Origin: an uncultured Chloroflexia bacterium
GTDB lineage: Bacteria > Chloroflexota > Limnocylindria > Limnocylindrales > CSP1-4
Direction of reading: 5' to 3'
Assembly: GCA_963813535.1 (NCBI GenBank)
Contig: CAWEZH010000003.1
Coordinates: forward strand, 512,001 to 576,000
DNA: 64,000 nt
The notes under the pieces were generated by a model. The model had not been told where the DNA came from. It saw only the letters and a list, made by a program, of their open reading frames with translations, and ran no database searches. The translations under genes and the position numbers were made by a program. Shown one piece after another: positions 39,324 to 48,737 of this stretch (the first letter of the stretch is position 1; the number at the start of each line of letters is the position of its first letter).

Positions 39324-41801
39324 TCAATGGGTCTCGACGACGACGCTGCGTGATGACCACGTCGTGCCGATCCAGCTCGTGGCCGACACCGCGATCCGGT
39401 AGGTTCCCGGCGGCGCGACGGCACCTGTCGCGGTCCGGCCGTTCCAGGTGTGCGTGTATGTGCCCGCGCTGAGCGCCTTGACCGTCCACACGCGCTTGAT
39501 CAGCGTGGTGCCGCGGTAGATCGCGACCGTGATGGTGGCCGCTCGTCGCAGGACGATCGAGGCACGGCTCCGCTCGCCCGCCCGGGGATCGAACGAGGGA
39601 TCCGACCACACCACGGATCGGATGGTCCGGTCGACGAGGACCGGTCGATCGACGACCGACCGATTGCTGGCGCGATCGCGACCGTCGACCCGGAAGGTGT
39701 ACCGGCCGTCGGTGACGACGCGACCACGGTCATCGCGGCCGTCCCATGTCGCCGCCCAGCTGGTCCGAGCGCTGAACGACCACCCACGGACCGTGGCCCC
39801 GGAAGCGTTGCGGATCCGCGCCGTGCCGGTGATGGCCTGGTCGGTGTTCCAGCGCAACCGCACCGAGTCCGCCCGACCGTCGGCGTCCGGCGTGATGAAG
39901 CCGCTGCCGGCGCCGGTGCCGAGCGTCGCAGGCCGGTTGTCGACCGTGACCGCGAACCCGCGCCCCGAGCGGTTCGCCGAGGCGTCTTCGGCCCACAGCG
40001 TGACTCGATAGGCGCCGTCGGGCACGCGGGCACCACTGGCATCCCGCCCGTTCCACGTGAAGGCCGGCGACCTGTTGCTGACGGTGCCGCTGCGCAGGTT
40101 CGGGCCCAGCCCGGATCCGACGACCGCATTGACCAGATAGCCCCAGCGCACCAAGCCTGTCGCCGACATCCGCACGAGCGTGGTGTCGAGCCGGTTGTCG
40201 CCGTTCGGTGAGAAGACCGGCGCGGTGACCGAGCCAGTCCGGATGGCCGGCGGGATGCTGTCGGTGATGAACCTGGCGCCGATCGCATTCCAGAGCTCGG
40301 TGCGGGTCCCGTCATAGCCGAGCGCCCAGATCCCGGCGCCGCGCAGCCCGTACCTGTTGACCAGGTCGTACTTCGCCCCGAGCGTCTTCGCGTCGTCGAT
40401 GTAGAGCTGCCGGTAGGGATTCACGCAGCCGTACGTGGACGTGCAGTTCTGGCGTCGGTAGACGGTCCAGGCGACCTGCTCGGTCGTCTCGTAGTGCTTG
40501 CCATGATCGGTCATGAACGGCAGCGCGTTGATGTAGGTCACGGCCGTCGACGCGCCGTTCCTGGTCCCGCTGATATTCCTGGCGTGCACGCGGTTCGTGT
40601 CCGTCGACCAGGCTCGACCGTAGTAGGGGACGCCGAGGATGAGCTTGGACGGGGACACCCGCGCGGCGTACGCGGCGACCGTGTCGCGGATGTCGTAACC
40701 GGCGCGTGACAGCGGCGCGACACTCCCGACCGGGCTGCTCGAGGCACCTCGATAGTCGTAGCCCATGATGAAGATCGCGTCGGCGCCCGAGGACGTCGCG
40801 CGCTCGATCGGGTAGTTGCCGATGTGCCCGGTCGTGTCGAATGTCAGTTGGTATCCGCGCGACACGGCGTCGAGCTTCTGACGGATCTGCTTGATCAGGG
40901 CGACGAACTGACCCTCGACGCCGGAGGCGAGCGGCTCGAAGTCCAGGTTGACGCCGTCCGCTCCTCGGTCCCGGACCGCAGCGGCGATCTGCCGCGCAAG
41001 GTTGTCGCGGGCCGTCCAGCTCGTGAGCAGCGCCCGCTGGCGCGTCTTGCCCGAACTGTTCCACGCGAAGCTCTGGACGGTCAGCACGACGCGAGTGCCG
41101 GTCGCATGCGCCTTGTTGATGATCGACGTGAGACCCGAGCTCGTCCAACCCGACCAACCGGTCGTGATCGTCCCGTCGCTGTTGCGCTTCTGCAGGTTGC
41201 CCTTCGAATCGGCACCGACGCCGAAGTAGGCGATCGTCGAGATCTTGTCGTACTGGATGCGCAGGGAGCTGCTGTTGACCTGCCAGTACGGCAGGAAGCC
41301 GAAGACCTCGCGCCGAAGGGCTCCCGGATCGACCGGAGCCTGGGTCGTTCGGTCGGGGCTACCGGGCGTCGCCGCGTTCGTCGAGTCCGCCTCGATGACG
41401 TCCGCCTGATCCACGGTCGGTTGATCGAGAGCGGGATCGGGCGCAGGGTCGTGTGAACGCATGCGCCTGCCGTCGAGCCGGCCGGCGGGCAGGCTGCGCG
41501 ATCGCACGCCGCCGACCGTCCAGCGGTCGGTCGATCGCGGCTTGAAGCCCACGGTCACGCGGCCACCGGGTGTGAACGCGATGCGATCGCGCTCGTGCGC
41601 CTGTGCCTCCTGCCAGTGGATGGTCGGCTGAAGCCCGGCGGTCGACGCGGCTGGATCCGGCGTCGCTGACACCTCCGACCCTGACCCTCGCGATACCCCG
41701 GCGGTCGCGGCGACCGCGGATTGCGCCAGCACCAGCGTCGCCAGACCGACCGCGACGAGCATCCTGCGAGGCGAACGCGGAGAGAGGCGGGCGGGCGTCA
41801 T
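39324..41801 (-). CDS. Secreted GH18 glycoside hydrolase with three FlgD-Ig-like C-terminal domains
   Basis: Signal peptide; EVFGFLPYW, DGVNLDFE, FIMGYDY, KLILGVPYYGR, GAGIWALGYD; three (F/I)xPxxD...WxGR...G.Y repeats. Confidence 0.88.
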   Translation of the reverse strand: MTPARLSPRSPRRMLVAVGLATLVLAQSAVAATAGVSRGSGSEVSATPDPAASTAGLQPTIHWQEAQAHERDRIAFTPGGRVTVGFKPRSTDRWTVGGVRSRSLPAGRLDGRRMRSHDPAPDPALDQPTVDQADVIEADSTNAATPGSPDRTTQAPVDPGALRREVFGFLPYWQVNSSSLRIQYDKISTIAYFGVGADSKGNLQKRNSDGTITTGWSGWTSSGLTSIINKAHATGTRVVLTVQSFAWNSSGKTRQRALLTSWTARDNLARQIAAAVRDRGADGVNLDFEPLASGVEGQFVALIKQIRQKLDAVSRGYQLTFDTTGHIGNYPIERATSSGADAIFIMGYDYRGASSSPVGSVAPLSRAGYDIRDTVAAYAARVSPSKLILGVPYYGRAWSTDTNRVHARNISGTRNGASTAVTYINALPFMTDHGKHYETTEQVAWTVYRRQNCTSTYGCVNPYRQLYIDDAKTLGAKYDLVNRYGLRGAGIWALGYDGTRTELWNAIGARFITDSIPPAIRTGSVTAPVFSPNGDNRLDTTLVRMSATGLVRWGYLVNAVVGSGLGPNLRSGTVSNRSPAFTWNGRDASGARVPDGAYRVTLWAEDASANRSGRGFAVTVDNRPATLGTGAGSGFITPDADGRADSVRLRWNTDQAITGTARIRNASGATVRGWSFSARTSWAATWDGRDDRGRVVTDGRYTFRVDGRDRASNRSVVDRPVLVDRTIRSVVWSDPSFDPRAGERSRASIVLRRAATITVAIYRGTTLIKRVWTVKALSAGTYTHTWNGRTATGAVAPPGTYRIAVSATSWIGTTWSSRSVVVETH

Positions 41802-41926
41802 GGGCACGGCGGACCTCGCTGGTTCGGGTCGTTGACGGTACGCCCGCGTGGTGCGTCGGAGCAAGGCTCCGAAGGTCCCGAACGCGACCGGTACGGTGCG
41901 GTCCGGTGTCGTGGGGTGTGGCGCGG

Positions 41927-44236
41927 TCAGCGCAGCGGCAAGGAGAGCGTCGTCCGCTGCCAGCGCCCGGCCGAGTCCGCTGCCTGCACCTTCAGTGCGA
42001 CGGTCCCGGACTTGCCCCCGGTCTTCATCGTCAGCGTCGCCTTGTAGGTCCCGGCCGACGTCTTCGCCAACGTGACCGCCCAGGTCGACACGCCGGGTTG
42101 GGTGACGTACACGCGGGGCGTCGTCGACAGGTTCTCGGCCGATGTGACCGACACGCTGATCGACCGTCCGCGGGTCGCGGACGACGCCGATGGCCGGATG
42201 GCGAACGCGTTCATCTCGAACGCCACGGCCTGCGTCGCGCTCACCGCGCCATCGGTCGCGTTGACGACGGCCGTGTACTTGCCGGTCGGCAGCATCGAAC
42301 CATTGGTGCCCAGGGCGTAGAAGGTCCGAGCGGTGGTGCCGCCCGGAGCGTCGACCGCGTCGAGCAAGGTCGCCACGACGGTGCCGGCGGCGTTCCGGAC
42401 GGTCCACGTGACGGTGGCCGGTCGCTGGAGCCTGAAGGTCAGGCGGGTACCGGTCGACATCGTGTCGCGATCCTGCGGGTAGAAGACGGTCTTCGACGTC
42501 GTGAGGAACCCGAGCAGGGCGACCACGCTCACCGACCGGGTCACGGGCGTCCCGGGGTTGCCGACGGCGTCGCGCGGGGTGAGCCGAACGTCGTAAACGC
42601 CGTCCGGGACGATCACACCGCCGCTGGCCTTGCCATCCCAGGTCACGGCCGCGACGTTCGTGGCCGTCGGGACGGTGAACGCTCGAACCACGGCCCCGTC
42701 CTGGTCCCGAACGTGGACGACGATCGAGCCGCGTTCCGTGACCGTCCCGCCGAGGGCCACCGTCTCGCGGACGCCGTCGCCGTTCGGCGCGAACCATGTC
42801 GTGGCGTCCGCGGCGGGCGTCACGCCACCGAGCGTCGGACCGGTCAGATCGACGGTGATCGAGCCGGTCTTGTACCCGGCATTCCCCCACGCATCGGTCG
42901 CATCGATCCGATAGGTGTACGTGCCCTCGATGACCGGCTCGCCACCGACGAGGCCATCCCAGGTCGCGCTCGGCGCCTTGCCGTCACCGGACTCCTCGTG
43001 GATGGTCGCCCCATCGGCGTCGCGGATGCGGAACGTCCACGCGGCGCTCTCCGACAGGGCGGCGCTGAGGGCGACCGTGTCGGCCACGTCGTCGCCGTTC
43101 GGCGAGAGGACCGGCGCCGCAGGATCCACGGCGACGATCCGCGGCGGTGCGCTGTCCCTGGGCTGCACGTCGCCGACGCGCATCACCCCGTGGATGGACG
43201 GGTCGTCGAGCCCCTCGACCTCGACGAGAGGAGCGCCGGCGGCCGTCTGCGTCGGCCGGGCGAGTGCGCGCAAGCGAGTGCCGAGCGGCGTGGGCGTGCT
43301 CGTGTCGGGCGCGCCGGCGGCGGCCGTCGCCGCGTCGGGCCACAGTGGCGCGCCCGCGACGCGGACCGAAGCCCGGCCGGGCACCACCAGCGTCGACGGG
43401 TCGCGGCTGGTGTCGACGGTGCCGGTCACCTGGTTCGTGGTCAGCGTGGGGTGGGTGACGAGCGAGCGGTAGAAGCCGCTCGACGACCCCTCCGGATCCA
43501 TGAGCGACTTGACCCCGCTGGTCCGCGTCGAGGTGAAGCTCCCGACGTGACCGTTGTTGCCCGGCGCGGTCCGCCACATCGCCTCGATCGTCTGATCGGT
43601 GGTGAAGAGCGCACGGATGTAGTCGACCGGTCCGCGATGGCCGTCGGCGAGCACGGCCTGGGCATTCGACTGGAGGAACCCGGCCGCGTAATTGCTGATC
43701 CGCTGGCGCGCGACCGTGACGGTCGGCTGGGTGTGGCCGGGCTCGGAATTGCCCGACGCATAGCACAGGTGATGCAGCAGCACGATGGCGTTCGGCGCCA
43801 GGTCGAGGGTCTTGACGTAGGGCTCGCCGTAGTACTTGTTCTCGTTGTCGGACAGCCGACCGTCGCCGTTCAGGTCGGCGTTGAGGCCCATGCCGTCCTT
43901 GGTCGCGTACTTCGGGTCGTACGTGTAGGGACTCGGCCAGCCGTTGCCGTGACCGAAGTAGATGAGGATCGACGCGCCGACCGCGGTCGATCTGACCTTC
44001 GACCAGGTGGCATTCGGGCTGTAGACCTTGAAGACGTTCGGCGTGTACTTGATGGCCTCGGCGTAGGCAGCGTCGGCGTATCGCCGATAGCTCGCGGTGG
44101 CGCCGTGCGTCGCGCCGACGACGATGACGACCTTGGCCGGGGTACGCGCAGCCGCGGCATGGGCGGGCGGGGCGCTACCGAGCGCTCCCGCGGCAGCCGC
44201 GAGCACGAGCACGATGATGGCGAAGGGTCGACGCAA
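41927..44236 (-). CDS. Secreted protein: putative clan CD cysteine-peptidase domain plus three FlgD-Ig-like domains
   Basis: TTG 44236 with GGAG SD; signal peptide ending AHA; ILIYFGHG...VLLHHLCYAS; SPNGD/APNGD...WDG...G.Y repeats. Confidence 0.75.
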   Translation of the reverse strand: MRRPFAIIVLVLAAAAGALGSAPPAHAAAARTPAKVVIVVGATHGATASYRRYADAAYAEAIKYTPNVFKVYSPNATWSKVRSTAVGASILIYFGHGNGWPSPYTYDPKYATKDGMGLNADLNGDGRLSDNENKYYGEPYVKTLDLAPNAIVLLHHLCYASGNSEPGHTQPTVTVARQRISNYAAGFLQSNAQAVLADGHRGPVDYIRALFTTDQTIEAMWRTAPGNNGHVGSFTSTRTSGVKSLMDPEGSSSGFYRSLVTHPTLTTNQVTGTVDTSRDPSTLVVPGRASVRVAGAPLWPDAATAAAGAPDTSTPTPLGTRLRALARPTQTAAGAPLVEVEGLDDPSIHGVMRVGDVQPRDSAPPRIVAVDPAAPVLSPNGDDVADTVALSAALSESAAWTFRIRDADGATIHEESGDGKAPSATWDGLVGGEPVIEGTYTYRIDATDAWGNAGYKTGSITVDLTGPTLGGVTPAADATTWFAPNGDGVRETVALGGTVTERGSIVVHVRDQDGAVVRAFTVPTATNVAAVTWDGKASGGVIVPDGVYDVRLTPRDAVGNPGTPVTRSVSVVALLGFLTTSKTVFYPQDRDTMSTGTRLTFRLQRPATVTWTVRNAAGTVVATLLDAVDAPGGTTARTFYALGTNGSMLPTGKYTAVVNATDGAVSATQAVAFEMNAFAIRPSASSATRGRSISVSVTSAENLSTTPRVYVTQPGVSTWAVTLAKTSAGTYKATLTMKTGGKSGTVALKVQAADSAGRWQRTTLSLPLR

Positions 44237-44392
44237 CTGGGGCTCCGTGGGGTCTGGGGTGACCGACCCCGAGAGCCTCGCGGAGGTCCGTCCGCGGCTC
44301 CATCGCAGGAAGGTCCCGAGCCGTCTAGTCACTTCGGCATGGAGTGTGTGACGTGCGGTATCGGCGGGTGCGGACGGGGGTAGTCGACAGCT

Positions 44393-44974
44393 CTACCGGG
44401 TGTGGCGCAGACGCACCACGAGGTCCCGGAGCGATGGGTTCGAGCGGTCCCGCTCCGACAGGATCGGTCGACCGTCGGGAGTCGCCGCGGGAAGCGGCCA
44501 GGGCACCGCCGCCAGCCGATCGTCCCAGGCGAACCCGGCCTCATCGCTGCCGTCGTACTCGTTGGTCACGAGGTAGACGAGATCGACCGGCTCCAGCGAC
44601 ATGAACCCGTGCGCCACCCGCGCCGGGATCTGGACCCACTCGTCGGCCGCAAGCTCGCGGGTCTCGACGAGCGGGTCGTCGCCACCGGCGAGCAGCGGCC
44701 GAAGGTCGACGAGAGCGACGAACGCCCGACCCGAACCGATGATCCAGCGGTCCAGTTGGCGTCGGTGGACATGGAGACCGCGCACGACCCCCGCGACCGA
44801 GGTCGACAGGTTCGCCTGGACGAAGCGCGGCGCGGTGCCTGTCCCCGCTCCGGCGTGCTCTGGATCGATCGGGCCGACGGACCCGTCACGCCACAGCTCA
44901 CGGAACGCACCCCGCTCGTCGGCATGCCGCTCGATGGTGCCGTACCGGACGCCGGGGATCGAGGACGTGGTCAC
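44393..44974 (-). CDS. rmlC: dTDP-4-dehydrorhamnose 3,5-epimerase family
   Basis: HADERGAFRE, QANLSTS, VRGLH, DLR, AHGF, WDD, LSERD. Confidence 0.88.
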   Translation of the reverse strand: MTTSSIPGVRYGTIERHADERGAFRELWRDGSVGPIDPEHAGAGTGTAPRFVQANLSTSVAGVVRGLHVHRRQLDRWIIGSGRAFVALVDLRPLLAGGDDPLVETRELAADEWVQIPARVAHGFMSLEPVDLVYLVTNEYDGSDEAGFAWDDRLAAVPWPLPAATPDGRPILSERDRSNPSLRDLVVRLRHTR

Positions 44975-45876
44975 CGGGCGGCCGTGATCCGATGTCGTCG
45001 GAGCAGCGGGACGTAGTCGGCGAGCGCCGCCTGCCAGGGCCGCATCGGCTCACCGCTGGGCAGCGGTGTCGGTTCGAGCACGCCCCACGCCGGCGGTGTC
45101 GAGGCCCGGACCCAGGTCGACGCTGGCACCTCCTCGATCGGGACGTCCAGGCCGAGCTGCCGGAATAGCTCGCGTGCCCAGTCGGCGCGAGAGGCGACCC
45201 CACCGTTCACGACATGGCGGACACCTCGGATGTCGCTCTCAGCGAGCAGCTCGGCGATCGACTCGGCCGCGTCGTGCGCGAACGTGGGCGACGCGAATTC
45301 GTCGGCCACGACCTTGAGCGGCTCGCCTGCGGTCTGGGCTCGCTCCCCGGCGGCGAGGATCTTGGTCGGGAAGTCGTTGCCCGGCGGACCGTACAGCCAG
45401 CTCGTGCGGACGATCCCCACCGAACCCGGTCGGTTCACGTACGCGGCGACGGCGACGTCCTCGGCCGCAGCCTTCGAGGCGCCGTACGGATTGGGGGGCG
45501 AGGGCGGGTCGTCGGGTGCGTACGGGATGCGGTCGATCCGCGTCCCGTCGAAGACCTCATTGGTCGAGATCAGCAGCAGGTCGATCCCGCGCTGGGCGCA
45601 GGCGATGGCGAGTCGACCGCTCGCCACGGCGTTGCGGCGCATGGCCAGGTCGGGGTCCCGAGCGCAGCCGTCGACGTCGGTCCAGGCCGCGGCATGCACG
45701 ATGACCTCGGGGCGATGGCGGTCCAGCAGCCCGTCGATCGACGCGGGCGCATCGAGGTCGAAGTCGGCCCGCGTCCAGGCGATCGGCCCGGCGGGCCCGG
45801 TGAACGGGGCATCACCCAGGGCCGCGACGAGCGCCCGCCCGAGTCGCCCGCCGGCTCCCGTGACGGCGACGCGCAT
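44971..45876 (-). CDS. rmlD: dTDP-4-dehydrorhamnose reductase
   Basis: TGAGGRLG, HAAAWTDVDGC, ISTNEVFDG, YGASK, RTSWLYG, SPT. Confidence 0.9.
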   Translation of the reverse strand: MRVAVTGAGGRLGRALVAALGDAPFTGPAGPIAWTRADFDLDAPASIDGLLDRHRPEVIVHAAAWTDVDGCARDPDLAMRRNAVASGRLAIACAQRGIDLLLISTNEVFDGTRIDRIPYAPDDPPSPPNPYGASKAAAEDVAVAAYVNRPGSVGIVRTSWLYGPPGNDFPTKILAAGERAQTAGEPLKVVADEFASPTFAHDAAESIAELLAESDIRGVRHVVNGGVASRADWARELFRQLGLDVPIEEVPASTWVRASTPPAWGVLEPTPLPSGEPMRPWQAALADYVPLLRRHRITAAR

Positions 45877-46925
45877 CAGCCCGTGGACCGCAACCGCGAT
45901 CCGTACTGCCGCTCGTAGTACGCGTCCCAGTCACCCGATCGCGCCGCCCGCCACCAGGGCTCGTTGGCGATGAACCAATCGACGGTCCGCGCCAGCCCAT
46001 CCTCGAATGAGGTCGTCGGCTGCCACCCGAGCGCAGCCAGCTTGGACCCGTCCATCGCATAACGACGGTCGTGCCCGGGCCGGTCCTCGACGTGACGGAC
46101 CAGCGACCATGGCTTCCCGAGTCGTTCGAGGAGGAGCCGGACCACGTCGCGGTTGGCCATCTCGACGCCACCCGGGATGTTGTATGTCTCGCCGGCCTCC
46201 CCGTGGCGCAGGACGTGATCGATCGCGCCGGCGTGGTCCGCAACGTATAGCCAATCACGCCGCTGCAGCCCATCGCCGTAGAGCGGCAGCGGCTGGTCGT
46301 CGATCGCATTCGTGACGAACAGCGGGATCAGCTTCTCCGGGTGGTGGTACGGGCCGTACGTGTTCGACCCCCGGGTGACGACGGCGTCGAGCCCGTAGGT
46401 CACGACGTACGAACGCACGAGCAGCTCGCCGGCCGCCTTCGCGGCCGCATACGGCGAACGCGGGGCGAGCAGGTCGCCCTCGGTCGAGTGACCCTCCTCG
46501 ACCGAGCCGTACACCTCGTCGGTCGACACCTGGAGGAAGCGTGGTGGCCGTGAGGCGGCGCGGCAGGCCTCGAGCAGGACGTGCACGCCGATGACGCCGG
46601 TGCGCAGGAACGCTTCCGGATCGAGGATGGAGCGGTCGACGTGCGACTCGGCCGCGAAGTTCACCACCGCGTCGACCTCGGCGACCAGCGGAGTGGCAAC
46701 ACCGGTGTCGGCGATGTCGCCGCGGACGAACCGGAGGCGGGCGGCCATCTCGGGGTCGTCGCGGACCGGCTGGAGGTTCGCCTCGTTGCCGGCATAGGTC
46801 AGCGTGTCGAGGACCGTGATGCGCGTCCCATCGCGTCGCGCCAGGACGTCGCGGACGTAGCACGAGCCGATGAACCCGGCCCCGCCCGTGACGAGGAGCC
46901 GCCGTGGAGGTCCCGGCTCGGTCAC
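45876..46925 (-). CDS. rmlB: dTDP-glucose 4,6-dehydratase
   Basis: GGAGFIGS, DTLTYAGN, FAAESHVDRSI, STDEVYG, PEKLIP, RDWLYV, DRPGHDRRY. Confidence 0.95.
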   Translation of the reverse strand: MTEPGPPRRLLVTGGAGFIGSCYVRDVLARRDGTRITVLDTLTYAGNEANLQPVRDDPEMAARLRFVRGDIADTGVATPLVAEVDAVVNFAAESHVDRSILDPEAFLRTGVIGVHVLLEACRAASRPPRFLQVSTDEVYGSVEEGHSTEGDLLAPRSPYAAAKAAGELLVRSYVVTYGLDAVVTRGSNTYGPYHHPEKLIPLFVTNAIDDQPLPLYGDGLQRRDWLYVADHAGAIDHVLRHGEAGETYNIPGGVEMANRDVVRLLLERLGKPWSLVRHVEDRPGHDRRYAMDGSKLAALGWQPTTSFEDGLARTVDWFIANEPWWRAARSGDWDAYYERQYGSRLRSTG

Positions 46926-47683
46926 GCGAGCGGCCGCTCGACGGGCGGTGCCAGGCGGCCGGACTCGTCGTCGTCCCTGGCGAGCTCGGCGGCACGCAAC
47001 AGTGACGGCACGGTCCCGGCGTCGGTCCAATGACCCTCGTAGATCCGGGTGAACAGCCGGCCGTCCGGGATGTAGTGGTTGAGCACGTCGGTGATCTCGA
47101 ACTCGCCGCGACCCGACGGCGCAAGCTGGTCGATCACGCCGAACGCATCGGGCCGCAGGAAATACACGCCGATCGGGATCAGGTCGCTCTTGGGCCGCTC
47201 CGGCTTCTCCTCGAAGGCGACGACCCGACCCTCCTCGTCCAGCTCCGCGACGCCGAACCGCTGCGGATCGGGGACGCGGTACAGCAAGGTGCCGGCGCCG
47301 TTGTCGCTGGCCTCGAACTCGGCCGCGACGTCGGCCAGCGCGGGGCCACGAAGGATGTTGTCGCCGAGGACGCAGCAGAACGCATCGGCACCGACGAAGT
47401 CGCGCGCCAGCCCGATCGCCTGGGCGATCCCGTATGCCCCAGCCTGGTAGCGGTAGGTCAGATCGAGGCCGAAATGCGATCCGTCACCGAGCAGCTCGAC
47501 CACGTCGCCGACGCTCTTGCCGCCCACCACGACCATCACCTCGCGGATGCCCATCCCGGCCAGCGTCTCGATCGGGTAGTAGATCATCGGCCGGTCGTAG
47601 ATCGGCAGCAGGTGCTTGTTGGTCACGATCGTCAACGGGAACAGCCGGGTCGCCGTCCCGCCGGCCAGCACGATGCCCTTCAT
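46922..47683 (-). CDS. rmlA: Glucose-1-phosphate thymidylyltransferase (short SpsI-like form)
   Basis: MKGIVLAGG, NKHLLPIYDRPMIYYP, LGDN, EEKP, SGRGEFEITD, WTDAGT. Confidence 0.92.
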   Translation of the reverse strand: MKGIVLAGGTATRLFPLTIVTNKHLLPIYDRPMIYYPIETLAGMGIREVMVVVGGKSVGDVVELLGDGSHFGLDLTYRYQAGAYGIAQAIGLARDFVGADAFCCVLGDNILRGPALADVAAEFEASDNGAGTLLYRVPDPQRFGVAELDEEGRVVAFEEKPERPKSDLIPIGVYFLRPDAFGVIDQLAPSGRGEFEITDVLNHYIPDGRLFTRIYEGHWTDAGTVPSLLRAAELARDDDESGRLAPPVERPLA

Positions 47684-47725
47684 CGCGAGGAAGCGTAGCA
47701 GCGCCGGAGGGCCCGCCCGCTGCGA

Positions 47726-48691
47726 TCAGCGGGGGGTCGCCCTTGGACGAGGTGAGCCCGGGAGGCACGGCTGCTCCCCTTCGGGCAGCGTGCCTTCGTC
47801 GTCCGGGTTCGCGCAATCGACGGGCTGCTCCCCGATCGGCGGCAAACCACCTTCGTAGTCGAGGATCACCAGCACGAACTCGAGCTTGTCGAAGTCGGCC
47901 GCTGGCTGCAGGTAGGCCGTCTGGACGACGGCGTTGGCGTCACGACGGATGTCGACGACCTGGCCGATCAGCAGGCCCTTGGGGTAGGGCGACCGGACCC
48001 CGCCACCGAGCTCGATCCCGGCGCTGACGACTTCATCGCCGAGCGACACTGGCTCTCCGGAATCGATCTGATCCATGACGAGCACGCCACCGAGCTGGCC
48101 GACGACGCGACCGTTCGCGGCATTCGGGACGAGCTGCCCGATGACCGTCGAGGACCCGTCGGTCAGCAGCACCACGGTCGCCGAATCCGGACCGACCTCG
48201 GTCACGCGGCCGGCGAGCGCCCCGCCGCCGGCCACCACGACGTCGCCCACGCTGATCCCGGCATTGGTCCCCTTGTCGATGCCGATGACCCGCCGGAACT
48301 CCGATGAGTCCCGCGAGATGACCGCCGCGGCGGCGGTCTTGAAATCCAACCCCGCGTTCAGCTGCAGCAGGTCGGTCAGCAGGGCATTCTCTCGCGCGAT
48401 CTCCTGGAGCCTGGCGTTCTCGACGCTCAGCCGGTCGTTCTCGGCCCGCAGCGAGCCATTATCGACACGCAGCCGGTCGATCTCGGCGACGGCGGCTCCG
48501 ATGGACGCGACCCCACCGGCGACCTCGTCGAGGGCGCCCTGGATCGGGCGGAACGCGAAGCCAAGCCCGTTCTGGAGCTCGCGGACGAACGGGTTCGAGG
48601 ACAGGGCCATCAGCACGAGGCAGACCGATAACAGCACCGTGAAGACGATGCTGCGGCGGCGGGTCAGGCGATCGGTCGAAAGTGTCGTCAT
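47726..48691 (-). CDS. mreC: Rod shape-determining protein MreC
   Basis: N-terminal TM, coiled coil (LRAENDRL...ENALL), IDKGTNAG, GRVTEV, YPKGLLIGQV, PAADFDKLEFV. Confidence 0.92.
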   Translation of the reverse strand: MTTLSTDRLTRRRSIVFTVLLSVCLVLMALSSNPFVRELQNGLGFAFRPIQGALDEVAGGVASIGAAVAEIDRLRVDNGSLRAENDRLSVENARLQEIARENALLTDLLQLNAGLDFKTAAAAVISRDSSEFRRVIGIDKGTNAGISVGDVVVAGGGALAGRVTEVGPDSATVVLLTDGSSTVIGQLVPNAANGRVVGQLGGVLVMDQIDSGEPVSLGDEVVSAGIELGGGVRSPYPKGLLIGQVVDIRRDANAVVQTAYLQPAADFDKLEFVLVILDYEGGLPPIGEQPVDCANPDDEGTLPEGEQPCLPGSPRPRATPR

Positions 48692-48737
48692 GGGAAGAAC
48701 GATCATCGGCCGACGGTCAACCCGTCGGCCAGCCGCG

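Noticed and set aside
39324-44383. 1188-aa GH18 ORF extension and 926-aa plus-strand ORF
   Set aside because: The extension overlaps the upstream gene in another frame and the signal peptide starts near 41801; the plus-strand ORF is an antisense shadow
44240-44390. Cyclic-dinucleotide riboswitch in the leader of the secreted peptidase-like gene
   Set aside because: Hairpins are present, but I could not match c-di-AMP (ydaO) or c-di-GMP consensus elements by eye; an Infernal search would settle it
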